NCBI RefSeq assembly: GCF_009914755.1
Contig: NC_060926.1
DNA: 64,000 bases
Reading direction: 5' to 3' (one strand)
DNA from: the human T2T-CHM13v2.0 reference genome, Homo sapiens
The notes under the pieces are model-generated. The model was not told the DNA's origin. It did not search any database and saw only the letters and a list, made by a program, of their open reading frames with translations. The translations under genes and the position numbers were made by a program. Of the stretch, positions 48,803-64,000 are shown one piece after another. The number at the start of each line of letters is the position of its first letter. Positions within the stretch are counted from its first letter, which is position 1.

Positions 48803-50807
48803 GTTCATTCTTGTGTTCTTTTTACTTTAGTCTTCATTTCTGAAGTTTTTCTTTTGTTTTTAATCCTGTTCTGAGTTCTACCATCTCACCTAATTTTGAT
48901 TTATATTGTTTTCTCACCCTTTTTATTGCAGTAAAATACACATAATGTAAAATTTACCATTTTAACCATTTTAAGTGTACAATTCAGTGGCATTAAGTAG
49001 ATTCATACTGTTGTTCCACCATTACCACTATCCATCTCCAGAACTTTTTCATCATCCCAAACAAAAACTCTGTACAGTACTCATTCAGTAACTTCCCATC
49101 CTGCCCCCCATGGTCCTTTCATCTTTTGCATCGTTTTTTCCTAATGTCTTTTAGCTAGTTTTGAAATAGCAGATTACTCTTTGGATCAGCTGGCGGGGCT
49201 GTCTTTTCTGACTTGCTTTTGTTGTCTGACAGGATGCTATTCTGCTGCTTATTCTCTTTTTTCTTATAATACCTTTGTATGGGATTTGACTACGATCCTT
49301 TTCTGTTATTCATTTTTAGGTGAAATTGGTTTTTCTGCACTTTGAAAAGGAGGTGTTAAGGATAACTTTTCTAAAACTTCCCCAAACTTCTCTTTTTTAA
49401 AAATGTAGTGTCAAATGACATGGTGGTTTGCTTTTTGACATTTCCTAGCTCTGTTTCCCTCCCTGATTTTTATCTTTGTATCCGTTGTTCCTCCCAGTAG
49501 TTTTTCCTCTGTGTTTCCAGGGCCACATCCTGGAAAGGAGCTCTGGCTGCTCGGGCTCAAGAGTGGGAAGGGACTAGACTGCTTCAGTGCTTCAGAGTCT
49601 ATCACAGGTCCCTTGTACTTACTCACTTTGTGACTGGGCAAAACCCCTCAGTTTCAGCTGCTGTTCTCACATTGGCCCATGGTACTTTCCAGTGAACTTC
49701 TCTGCTGGCAGTTTGAAGGCATACTGTCTACCACTCCCTCTTGTGTGGGTGCCATACCAGGCAAGTCTGGTGCCCATTGGTGATGGTTTGCCCCACCCTC
49801 TTGTTTTGGGGTTCATAGGGAAAACCGTCCTCTAGTTTTGTGATAAAGGCTACTTATGGGTTTTTTGTTTGGTTTGATCTATTTCCATGGGAGGATTTGA
49901 GGAGATTCAAAACTACACTGCTGCCTCCATCTTTCTAAAATCCTGCTCAATCTTTTGACATAATTATTTTAAACATGGGAACCCTGTAGTTCTCTGTTCC
50001 CTTAAACAGAGCTCCATTTGCCCCAAACTAGTTAAGACTCTGAGTCAGACAAGGCTTGCTGAGTCTCCTCTCTCTAACATGGCAACTCTGTACTTGCTCA
50101 GTCCATGTTTTGAGTGAGAAGTCAAAACACAACAGCCTAAAGGGCTCATGGGTGGACAATCTGGAGAAAGGCCCTGGTCAGAATGTGCATCGTTTCCTTC
50201 TCTTTGTATCTTCTTTCCTAAACGTGTATAAAATTGAATCTCTCATCTGCCCTCCTACCCCCACAAAAAAAAAAACCTGGTTCATACACAGTTTTCTTTA
50301 TCTCAGTTCATGGTAATGCCATTTTTCAGTTGCTTGGGGCAGAAACCTTTGAAGTCATTTGTAGTGATTTGTTAGAGCAGCGACTAGAAACTAATACAAT
50401 GCTCGTTAGAGTATTGTAACAAGTAAGGTGCCATCTGAAAAATAATATAATTAAGTTAGAAGAAAACCTTACTCTTAGCCACAATCACTTGCTAATGGGA
50501 TATGTATGCCAGTTGGGTACTGTACATCTCAAACCTTAGAATCAAGTTGGATATTACCAGCATCACTTCCTGTTCCACACTGATTTGCATAGGGCACTTG
50601 CCAAAAACCCAGCTTCACAAAGATACAGTATCATTGAAAGTAATGTGGCATGACCTGATGTTGAAACTGTGAACTATACCTACTAGCTAGAAGCTCATGC
50701 AATATCTAACAGATGTTGGGTATTGCTATGAATCCTTCACGAATTTAAAATACCCAGCTGCACCCAGATGAATCTGCTGTAGTGTCTTGGGAGCACATTG
50801 GTGCACT

Positions 50808-50969
50808 TTTTTTTTTTTTAAGACAGGGTCTCACTCTGTCACCCAGGCTAGAGTGTAGTGGTGTGATCATAGCTCACTGCTGCAATCTCAGACTCTGGCC
50901 TCTAGAGATCCTTCCACCTCAGCCTCCCAAAGCACTGGGATTGTAGGCATGAGCCACTGTGCCTGGCTG
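50808..50969 (-). mobile_element. Alu monomer / truncated Alu
   Basis: Reverse-strand partial Alu. Confidence 0.75.
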
Positions 50970-51179
50970 GTACACCTTTTGAACCACAGTCCTAATTGGT
51001 TTTCCTGTTCCCAGCCTTTTCCCTAAAATTTGTCAACATGGCAGCCATAATGATCCTTTCAAAACACAAATCACAAAACACAAATCAGATCACTCTTTTG
51101 TTCAGTCCTTCCCATAGCTTCTCATTTCTCTCAGAGTCAAAGTCAACATTGTTACAGTGGCCTGTGAAATCTTACCTAC

Positions 51180-51385
51180 AGCAGGGGTCAGAAAATATTT
51201 TCTATAAAGACTCAGACAGTTAAATATGTTAGTCTTTGTGGGATAGATCATCTCCGTCTCAACAACTCCACTTTCTGGTTGTAGCATGAAAGCAGCCACA
51301 GAAAATACATAAACAAATGAGCATGGCCATGTTCCAATAAAACTTTATTTACAAAAACAGGCTGCACTGGTTTGCTGACTCTTGC
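51180..51385. mobile_element. MER58A-like hAT-Charlie DNA transposon
   Basis: CAGGGGTCAG...GTTCCAATAAAACTTTATTTACAAAAACAGG...GTTTGCTGACTCTTG. Confidence 0.75.
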
Positions 51386-52782
51386 CCTATATGATTTACA
51401 GCTACACTCCCCTTCACTCCACTCCAGGCACGCTGAGCCCCTTTACTGTGCCTTGAATGCACCAGCAAGCTCCTGATTGAAGGCCTCTGTACTTGCTATT
51501 CCCTGCCTGGAAAGCTCTTCTTACCTCCAAGTCTTTTCTCAAATCTTTTCAATGGGAGTTTCCTTGACCACACTATTTGGAATTGCAGTTGCCTCACTGC
51601 TTCTCCCTTCCTTCAATCTGATTTCCTGTGCCAGGGCCCATTGCTTTCACAGTACTTTGAACCTTTTAATACACTATGTAATTGACTTCTTTATCATGAT
51701 AATTTTTATAATCCACTACTCCTCCATCCATCACTAAACTACAAGATCCCCAAGGGCAGGGAAATTTTTGTCTGCTTTGTTCATTGATATGTGCCTAATG
51801 CCTTAAACAGTGTCGGGCACATAGATGATAATCAGTATTTGTCAAATGACTAACTAAATGAGTATTTTTCAGAGTACACACATAGTGGCATGCAATTCTT
51901 TATCCCTCATTAAAAGTTATAGTGCTTGGTCATAATTCAGGCCCTATATTTGAAAAGAAATACGTAAACAAAATATAAAATGATAAAATCTCTCATTCAA
52001 AATGTCCAATTCTCAAATAGCCATAAAGTTTCACGTGTCATTTAACTCTTGTTGAAATTCGCAACCTTGAAAATGGCACTCTGACCTAAAACAAAGACTT
52101 TGACTTATTGGAAAATAAATTATACAGTCCACAGCTAGCAAGCAGGTAACAAACGAAAAAAATATGTCTAACATAAAACGGATTCCTCATGTACACATTT
52201 AAACATAAATTTAAACAATATATACACATTAAAAATATTTCCAAGCATGCGTAAGAACTCATTTTCCAAAGTGGTCATTTTTCTTGGAGATGAGAGAGAC
52301 CAGTCTTCAAACAAACTGTAGGGGGAGCTCCAAACCACAGATTCACCTTCATGTTACTGGTTTTACAGTAGCCTTCTTAAGAACAACTTCACTGGGTAAT
52401 TCCAACTCCAGCTGAAAAGGAACGTATATGCATGCATTCATAATGCACAAACTTAAAAGATCCCAGTGCATTTGCTACATTTCCCTTTATTTGAATCAGC
52501 TCATTCTATATCTTTTTCTTCCCAAGTACTTTTCAAACCTATTTGTCATTTTATATTCCCAATGGACTCATAGCAAAAATTTTAACAATGTGAACAATTT
52601 GTTTTTAGTACACACTCCATTTCTGCTTTCATAGCCCCTCCATTCCCAAGCAATGTTCAAGATAGGCTGTTTTAGCGTCTCAATGCATGGAGCTCACCTA
52701 GCCTCCCCTTGAGAATATTGCTCATCTTTTAAAGAATTTTTTCCTTCTAATGGCTCTAAACCTTCATCCACGGAAGACTTAA

Positions 52783-53112
<330 letters not shown>

Positions 53113-53379
53113 AGTTTTTCTTTTTCACTGTGGTAGACCCATGCCAGACACAGACCCATGAGCTTGAAAGATATTCAATAAACACTTGCTCAATTAATAA
53201 AGGCATCTAGCCTTTAGGCTTTCTGCTTCTAGCTCTAAGTGCCTTGCAGAGAAGAGTGGGTCCCAAAAGCATAACGGTCATTGTTTTTCATTGTTCATCT
53301 CAGTAATCAGCATAATTGGCTAATTACATTCCTGTAAATCATTTTGGGGACAGTGAGACAATATTTATCTCAACAACAT

Positions 53380-54245
<866 letters not shown>

Positions 54246-54429
54246 TTAGCTGCTGTTGTAAGAATGCATTGTAGTAGGTAAGAATGAACGCCCTTCCTGT
54301 ACTAATGCAATTGTCCCTCTAGGTATGTCACTTAACACAAGAGTACCAACCTTGCAAGTGAAATACACCTAGAGTCTTCCTTGTTTTTACCCTCCCTGAC
54401 CCCCGAACTCCGCTGGGTCTGTATTTTTC

Positions 54430-54737
54430 CTTTTCTTCTTTTTGCTTTTTAGCAATAGGAGTCTCACTATGTTGCCCAGGCTGGAATGCAGTGGCTATTC
54501 ACAGGTGAGATCATAGCACACCACAGCCTTAAACTCCTGGGCTCAAGTGATCCTCCTGGGTTTTTTGTTTGTTTTGTTTTGTTTTGTTTTTTTAGAGGTC
54601 TCACTCTGTTGCCCAGGCTGGAGAGCAGTGGTGTAATCATAGCTCACTATATCCTCGAACTCCTGGGCTCAAGCGATCCTCCTGTCTCAGCCTTCCAAAG
54701 TGCTGGGATTACAGGCGTGAGCCAGCGCACCTGGTCC
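54430..54737 (-). mobile_element. Two old Alu monomers (FLAM/FRAM-like)
   Basis: Reverse-strand monomeric Alu-like segments. Confidence 0.7.
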
Positions 54738-56523
54738 AGGCCTGTGTTTTCTAAACCCCGATGTTACATTTCAGATTAAGAACTTCACCTTCTAGGCATC
54801 TTTTGCTGCTGCCCAAAAATGAGCAAGTAGGAATGAGCATGCAGGAGTGCAGGAGACCTGACGTTGGCATATGCAAGCGGCCAGATGGAGGCTGCTATAT
54901 TCAGGAAAAGTGTTCATGGCTGGGAGTGAGCACCGGAAGGAAAGAGCATCTCAATTCCTAACCTGGTCTAGTCTGCCAGGTGAACTGCTGAAGCCTATTT
55001 GCTGAAGGAATACCTTCCACGCTTAGCCTCCAATCTTTAGGGCAGGGGTAGGTAGGATATTCTCATCAGTTATGCCAAGAATCTTTTATAGCTTTGATTT
55101 CCTGATTGTGTATACAAAATTGTTTAGTTTTTAAACTTTTCCAGTTAAACAAGAAATGAGGAATGTAAAATTTTTACCTTGGCCAAGATTTTCTTATTTC
55201 AGGTCCCTAGAAAGCTGAGTATTGAACTTTGCCCCAGATATCAAAAACTCTGGTCAACATTTACAAATTCTCTCCCTAAAAAGACTAGATCCTGCTTCCT
55301 ATATTCACTTAGCTATTACCTTAAGAACTGCTAGCAACTGGGCATATTAACTTTCTAATATCAGGAACAGCCTCTATGTGGCGCTAGCTATGTTTACGAC
55401 TATGCACACCCCTTATATGTGTGTCTCAGTTATAGCTTCTTAAAGTCTTCTCATCATAATCTTAAAATCTAGGATGTTTGTAAATTTTCTTTACTTGTTA
55501 AGCTAAACATTATAAAAAAAAGAACTACTTTAGAGATTGTGCTGAATGGGAGCAGATGCCCCTCCCTACCCCACCAGCTGTACTTCTACCTGTGCTTCCA
55601 CCATTAGAGTATCCACCTGCTGGGTTTGTTTGCTGATGTATCCCTAACACCTAGAACAGAACCTGGCACATAGTAGACACTCAGTAAACATTTACTGAGT
55701 GAGAGGTTGAATGGATCAGATTTTGACCTGTGTTGCCTCCTGCCAGGACCCCATCTGCACTATAATGCCCACCCAATGACCAGCATCTCCAGTGCATCAA
55801 TTTCTTTAGGCCCAACCCATCATGTTTACATTCTGAAGAGAGTCAGTAGAGAGAGTTTTGAAGACACAGTAGAGTGCCCTATACAATTATCTTCCCAGAT
55901 TTATCTGCAGTAGATCCATGAGAGTTGATAGTAGACCCATGCACATTAATGCTTGCTGGGGGCAGAAGGGGAGGTGATATGATGCAAGCAAGTACTTTCA
56001 ACCCTAAGTCTGAAAAGTTGATGACTACACAAAATCACTTCAGGTAACTCCAACAGAAATATACACAACGGAGGTTGGGAGAAATGAGAGATCTGGAGGC
56101 TGGCTAGGTGGAGGAGGCAACACCTGAATTAGGGATTTAAGCTAGACCTTGAAGAATAGGTCATGCCATCACACTAACAAACTCACAGGGAGGCTCCCAA
56201 ATTTTGGGAAAGTGTCCCCCAGAGACTTAGACTTTTAAACCAAAGCCTAATGTTTCACAAAGTCTTCTGAGACAGAATGATTAGCAAGCTTGTAGGACCT
56301 TTTTGTAAAGAGGATGTATATGGATTCGTACAGACACACATCTACATGCAGAACGTGCCATTCTGTATTTGATGCATAAAACCACCTTGTCCCGGTCTCA
56401 GGGCAGGAACAGTGTCATACAGATTTTTGTGTCTCCACTGCTTTTGCATAGCGGCTCTTAGAGATTAAACGCTTTTTTTCCAAATATTTTATAGGTTTTT
56501 TGACATTAAAACGTTAGTCTCAT

Positions 56524-56688
56524 CTGGGTGCGGTGGCACACGCCAGTAATCCCAGTACTTTGGGAGGCAGAGGCAAGAAGATCGCTTGAGCCCTGAAGTT
56601 GGAGACCACAGTGAGCTATGATCACACCACTGCACTCCTGTGACAGCCTGGGTGACACCGCAAGACCCTGTCTTAAAAAAAAAAAAAG
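56524..56688 (+). mobile_element. Alu monomer-like element
   Basis: Short forward Alu-like sequence with A tail. Confidence 0.75.
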
Positions 56689-56989
56689 TTAGACTTATGT
56701 TCTTTTCTAAGCAATAAAATTAGTCTTAGATATTGCCTAATATCTAAGACTACCAATTTTTGTGTAGAATGTAATACAAGCTAAAAAATACATTCGAAAG
56801 ACTTTCTGTCCCCCAATTTATAAATCCTGGTTAGTTTAGCTAAGTCTGCAGTTGTGCTGGGATCAGCAATCCCTCCTTAAATGCAGGAGTATTGTGAGTG
56901 TGATGAGGGACTACCCCAAATCAAAATAATTTTAAAAGCAAACCTTAGCTTGCTAATTGGTTCCACTTTCTTCCTTGTTCCTTTTCCTT

Positions 56990-57400
56990 TACCAAGATGG
57001 CCGCTGTGTCGTTCGCTCCTCATTGGTCGGATTTTCCGCAGGTGCCGATTCTAGCCCCACCTACTAGCTCTCCGTTCCAAGTCCTAAATCACTGGGAATG
57101 TAATAGACAGACGAACGGGAGTGGGCGGAGCGGGCGCCGGATGTGACGTTTCCGGAACCTCCGGGTGTCATCCGCGGGGAAAGGTGGGGAAGGGTCCCGG
57201 GAACGTGGTGGGGCAGGGCCTCCGAGCGTGGTTGGACTTTGAAGGGGATCGGCCGCCGTGAGTGTGGGGCCTGCAGCCTACTCTCCCCGAGTCCCCTGCC
57301 CGGCCTGCCTCGCTCGAGGCACCCGACGGCTTCTGTCTCCGCGGGCTGGCGCCTGACCAGCCAGGCCCAGCGGTTCCCCGCCTACTGCATTTGAAAGATC
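56990..57400 (+). promoter_or_regulatory. STAMBP: STAMBP CpG-island promoter
   Basis: CpG-rich; YY1-like CAAGATGGCCGC at 56993, ATTGG at 57022, GC box at 57123, ETS/CRE-like CCGGATGTGACGT at 57137, palindromic TTCCGGAA at 57150. Confidence 0.8.
57140..57257 (+). other. STAMBP: STAMBP non-coding first exon (alternative donors after 57183 and 57257; TSS approximate)
   Basis: Donor-like AAG|gtgggg at 57183 and GCC|gtgagt at 57257 just downstream of the promoter motifs. Confidence 0.6.
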
Positions 57401-59007
57401 CCGAAAACCCTGGATGATTGTGCCTGGGGTTGGCAAGTTCGTCTTGAGTGCCTTCAAGAAGGGTTCCTCAAGCAGTTGTCGATAGAGCCCTCCCTACTGT
57501 ATACGCCCCCTCCGCTCATTCCTGCTACTTCCTTTCTCCTCCTCGTATTTCCCCCTCGGTCCTTTACGCCGCCTTTCCCCCTCATTTGCAGATGCTGCAT
57601 CCCCTTTTTGGAATTGCTCAACCAGGTGGTAACCGGCGCCGCTTCCTGGCCTTGGGAGGTGGTTCCTTTCTTAACCCACAAGAACCTCTCCCAAGAGGTA
57701 CTGAGATGCAACAAGCATCCTCTGTTTCAGTTAACTTTCATGGGCCGTGGACTAGGTTTACTAATTACTTGGGGAGGTTTTAGATATGCTTGCGGCTTTC
57801 TGAGTCCCTAAGGAGGCCTCGTGAGAGATGGACTATCTCTGCATCCCTAGTAGTCCTCACGGCTTTTGTGCTATTAGTGAGGGTGTTTTAGAGGGGAAGG
57901 TTTGTGGAGGAATTGTGACCCGAATATTGAAGAGACCTAAAGATGGAATTGGCTGAGAGAAGACTACCCCTGAGGGAAGAGTTGTAGTAGAAAAGAAAAA
58001 CTGGATAGATAAATGAAACTGAAATGTGAGGATGCCTGGGCGGATTGGAATCCTGACTGAAGCAAAAGATCTCTGTTGGGGAGGGCCAGTTGCCACAGGG
58101 CCTTGAATTCCAAGATTTATTCTACTGTAGTTTGTGTATTCTAGAGCATACTGATTAGGGTTTGCTGTAATGCAATGTGTGTCAAATGCCCAGTTTTATT
58201 TTGGAGATGATAGTGGTGATATCTGGTTGGAATTTGGAATCTGATTCTAACAGCAACTATATCTAGAAAGACTAGAATTACTGGAGTTTTGGGACACCAG
58301 GGGTTTTTGCAATGCAAGTTACCATCGTGCCTTTTTGTTATTCAGTGTTTAGTCTATGAAGATGAGTAAATGGTTGTTTTCAAGATTTAAGTCTCTTGCC
58401 ATGATAATGATGAATGAATGATTTTATAGATTGACTATAGTGGTTTAGTGAGCAGAGTTACAATTATGAGCATTAATTCCCAGACCAGTTCCCCTAACTC
58501 ACCTTGTGCTCAAATATGAAAAAGGATACCACAGAAAATGTCAGTTACTCTCAGATTAAGTAAAAATGGTCAACCTTGAAGTTAGTTAACAATCCTCAAG
58601 AAAGTTCACTGAGTGCACTCTGCCAGGTACTGGGGTGGAGGTATGTGGGTATCTGGAAGGAGAAATAATAGAAAATAAAAGATGCTGTTCCCACTTTTAC
58701 AGTGCTGTGGGCGGAGCCCCCTAATGGCAAAGGATTTGATTAACTTGAACTGAACCTTTGGTTGGTCCACTGTGGTTCTACTCCTTATACCACCTAATTA
58801 TGGTACAGGGGTTGTATGTTTTCTAGTCTGCCAGTACTCTCATCGTTGTGATTTGGGCTTCCTTGAGGGTCTCAGCCTTCTTGTAGGAAAGTCCTTATTT
58901 AATAGGAGCCACAGCATTTGGTATGTTTCTCTTATATTTTCTTCTTAAGGTAGAGGTCTGTGAGATAAACTGTAAAACTGCTGGGATGATGAGGGCAACG
59001 GTATTGA

Positions 59008-59247
<240 letters not shown>

Positions 59248-60271
59248 TAAGACACCTACAGTTTCCTTTTTCCTTTCTGGTGACTGGTGCCTCGCCTATT
59301 TGGCTCAGAATTGCTAAAACCACAGAACTTCACAATATCATCAACATTAATCATTTTTGCTGGCAACTCCTACATATTGGCTGTCCTTGCCGTTCAAAGA
59401 CATGAGTGCTGAAGGTGTTATTTTCATGACTCAGTAATTTATGAGTAAGAGATTTAGTTCTTTGGCCTATGCCCACATAGCCCAGCTGTTAGACAAAAGA
59501 GTTGGTGGTTAAACTAGACATATTATGTTCTGATGAATGCTTTTACTGTTCTCTTTCTACTAAAGCAGCCAATCATAGGATTATTGTTGGGGTCTAGCAG
59601 AGCCAAAATTCCTCACTTGTACTTATTTTGTAGCAAATTTAGTGATACAGGAAAAAATTTTTTCCTCTTAACCTTTATCATAATCATGCAAATCATCAAA
59701 TAATTAGTAACTGCCTACAGTTTGTGTGGCTCATCATAATAAGACCTTTCCCTTAAGTTATTTATCATCTTAGGGTAGGCAGCATAAGTAGAAGATTTCA
59801 GTACTATTAACAGCAAACAACTTCTAAAACTCCATTGACAATGATACATAATTTAGAAAGGAAATAATGTTAAAGGTCTTATTTATCATTTCTAATCTTG
59901 TTCTTTCACAATATCAGGACTTTTTAAAAAATAATTATAATGTATTTGGTTCTGAGTAGCTCATAGTGTGTTTCACCTGCATAATTTCATTTGATCTTCA
60001 CAGTTCTGTGTGCATGGAATAGGGTACACTACCCTACATTCTACATATGAGGAAACAAACTCAGTGTTTGGTGGATGCTCATGTTTGAAGTGACAAAACC
60101 TTGGTTTTCTGACTCCTAATTCAGGATTTGTTCTACAACATAGGTCCTGTTCTTCTTGTTTTCCATTTAGTAATGTTCTAGAGTCAGAGGTAGTCTTTTG
60201 AGATCATAGTCATGAGCCACACTGGCTATTTTTTTGTTATTTATTTTACTACTGATTTTTGAGTAGGTAAC

Positions 60272-60304
<33 letters not shown>

Positions 60305-60359
60305 TATGGTGCACAATTCAGAGGCACAAAAGAATAACTATAGTTAAAAAGTAAGTCTT

Positions 60360-60698
<339 letters not shown>

Positions 60699-60812
60699 TC
60701 AGTGCTTCTCCCCAGAGACAACCACTCTTAGTAGTTTCTTAGATATCTTCCAAGAGATGATATACACATACCAGTTTTATCACATTAAGTTTTTGATCAC
60801 ATACTCCTCTAA

Positions 60813-61030
60813 AGCAGGGCTTTTCAACTTTGGCCCTATTGACCTTTTGGACTGAATCATTATTTGTGGTGGGAGCTGTCCTGTGTGTCACAGAATGTTT
60901 AGCAGCATCCCTGGTTTCTGCTCACCAGATGCCAGTATCCCCCCTCCCCGCAGTGTGACAACCAAAAATGTCACCAGACATTATCTGATGTTCTCCCAGG
61001 GGCAGAATCACCTCTGAGAACCAGTGCTCC
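60813..61030. mobile_element. MER20-like DNA transposon
   Basis: ggagctgtcctgtg..aatgtttagcagcatccctgg..ccagatgccagta..gtgacaaccaaaaatgtc..cagacatt..gagaaccagtg. Confidence 0.8.
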
Positions 61031-61133
61031 AAAGGAAAGTATGCGGAAGAATGGACTGTCTAGGATTCATATTGTAATTGTAGAGTGGAGAAATGGGACT
61101 GCTATTGTCTTTTTTATTTAGAAGTGTTGCCTG

Positions 61134-61512
61134 TGTTAAGAGGAGAAAACCTTAGACAAGTTAAATTTAACAGAGTTTAATCCAGTAGAAAAAGGTTCAG
61201 GGAACACTCAGGACCAAAAGTGGTGCAGAATGTTCCACCCCATAGTGGAGGTTGTGCAGGCTATATTTATAGTCAGAGAAAAGGAAATGAGATACAGAAA
61301 TAGCCTGATTGGCTACAGTTATGTGTTTGCCTTATTTGGTCATGTTTTGGCAGGCTTTAGCCTCCAATTGGCTGGAGGTTTCAGCTGCTATGATTGGCTG
61401 AGACTCAGCTATTTGTTACACTTGTAACCTAACTCTTATGTTAAGTTACAGTTTGTTTATACATTAAATTAGGTTACAGTTCACTATCTTTGGAGGCAGC
61501 TTTAACTTAACA
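61134..61512. mobile_element. Solo LTR, probably ERV1 class
   Basis: Ends TGTTAAG...CTTAACA (inverted termini) flanked by a 4-bp TSD CCTG. Confidence 0.8.
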
Positions 61513-62051
61513 CCTGTTTCCTTAAAGATCTGTAGTTCTTTAATGCCATTATGTCATGTCATGTGGCCTCAATGTTGTTAAGGTTTCATAAAATTATAAT
61601 TATATTTCTGCTTCTGTTTGCTGTTATGAGTTTTTCATTCCTAGGCACACTATTTATTTTCCTGCACAGTTTTTTTGACCCTGTCTTCTTTATATATTCT
61701 TGGTAGAAAGAATATTCTTATGTATTTCCTATAAGCTTGTAGATTGTTCTCTCAGAATGAAACCCAGGGGCACAATTCCTTTGGAGAAACACTAATTCAG
61801 AAAGTTCAGTAGAATCATGGAATCACTGCACCAGGTATTTCCTGAAGGGCCTTCAGAATCCTATTGCCCCACAATAGAAAGGGCTTTCAGGGCAAAGACC
61901 ATATTCATTCAACACATGTATATTGAGTATACCTGCTGTCTACATGGCACTGCACTAGGTCCTGAACAGCAGTGAGTAAAATGGCCCCTGTCCTTATTGG
62001 TGTTCCTTTATAGGTATGGGAGAAGACAATAAACAGATAAGCAAATAAATA

Positions 62052-62814
<763 letters not shown>

Positions 62815-63227
62815 TAGTCGAAATAAGGAAAATACTTAAGAGTACTGTGATAGAGAATAAGCAGGGGTTTATGACTAGAGTAGTCAGGGTAAGGTCTGTC
62901 TGAGAAGACAAGATTTGAGCTGAGACTTGAGGGATGCAATACAGTTGGTCATTCCAAGAGCATAGGGCAGAGCATTAAAACACAGGTAACTATGTGTTTA
63001 GAAGTGCTTAGATGGGAAAGACCTTAGCATGTTCTGGGGATTGAAAGATCATTGTGTTTGGAGTATAGCCAGAGAAAAGCAAGATGACTCCAGGTAAGGC
63101 TGGAGAGGCAAGTGGGGCTGGATCATGCAGGACTTTATGGGCCATGGTAAGGAGTCTGTTTTTTATCTTGAGGGTAACAGCAAGCCATTGAAAAGTTTTA
63201 AGTGGGATTCAGACCTAAATTTACTTA

Positions 63228-63641
63228 CTGTTTTTTAAAAGAGATGAGGTCTCGGCCGGGCACAGTGGCTCACGCCTGTGATCTCAGCACTTTGGGAGGC
63301 CACCCTGGAGTTCAAGGCCAGCCTGGCCAACATGGTGATACCCCATCTCTACTAAAAATACAAAACTTAGCCGGGCGTGGTGGCCCACGTCTACAATCCC
63401 AGCTACCCGAGAGGCTGAGGCAGGAGACTTGCATGAACCCGGGAGGCAGAGGTTTCAGTGAGCCAAGATCGCGGCACTGCACTCCAGCCTGGGTGATAGA
63501 GCGAGACTCGGTCTCAAAAAAAAAAAAAAAAAAGAGATGTCACTAATGTTGCCCAGGCTGGTCTCGAACTCCTGGATGCAAGCGATCCTCCCATCTCAGC
63601 CTCCCAAAGTGCTAGGATTACAGGTGTGAGCCTCCATGCCC
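63228..63641. mobile_element. Forward Alu (63254-63533) inserted in a reverse Alu monomer, within an L2 remnant
   Basis: AAAAGAGATG repeated at both junctions; surrounding L2-like sequence spans 62820-64000. Confidence 0.75.
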
Positions 63642-64000
63642 AATCAATATTTAAAGTATAAATTTTGGCAGTTGTGTGGTAAATGGTGGAGCAAGCGTTA
63701 AGAGAAGGCAGGGAGAGTAGTTAGGAAATTCTTGCAGGCTGGTGGCTTGAAGTAGTGTGGCAACATGGAAAGAGACAGATGGATTTGGTATTTTGGAGGT
63801 CAGGTCCATAGGACTTACTAATCACTTAGGAAAAAAGATACTGCGGAGGTTGATGTCGTGTTTCTGCCTTGAACAACTTAAACGATAGGGTAGTCCATGT
63901 ATTGAGATGGGAAAAGCCCTCTAAAGAGGGCTGGGTAGCGGGGGAATTTAACCGTTCACGTTTGGGGTTTTTTTGACATGTTAAAATTTGAGATGCCTGT

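Overview
Human (primate) genomic DNA that I recognise as the 2p13 locus DUSP11 - C2orf78 - STAMBP. Left: the 5' six coding exons of DUSP11 (RNA 5'-triphosphatase, minus strand), which runs off the left edge. Centre (about 15.7-39.5 kb): a head-to-tail array of five ~4.9 kb units. Each unit carries an intact copy of the C2orf78 promoter-like region plus an identical 97-nt coding first exon with splice donor. All five copies lie upstream of single-copy exons 2 and 3 (922-aa ORF). The last 30 nt of each exon-1 copy is itself bounded by a polypyrimidine/CAG acceptor and the GT donor, so it could act as an in-frame cassette micro-exon. Each unit also has a TATA box / basic ORF / AATAAA module of unknown origin. 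The three inner copies are nearly identical and the outer copies are mosaic and more diverged. Right: STAMBP promoter, non-coding first exon(s) and first coding exon. The rest is Alu-rich, with L1, L2, DNA-transposon and LTR remnants. Repeat boundaries are approximate; exon boundaries were read from the sequence. Gene names and reference comparisons come from memory and were not database-checked.
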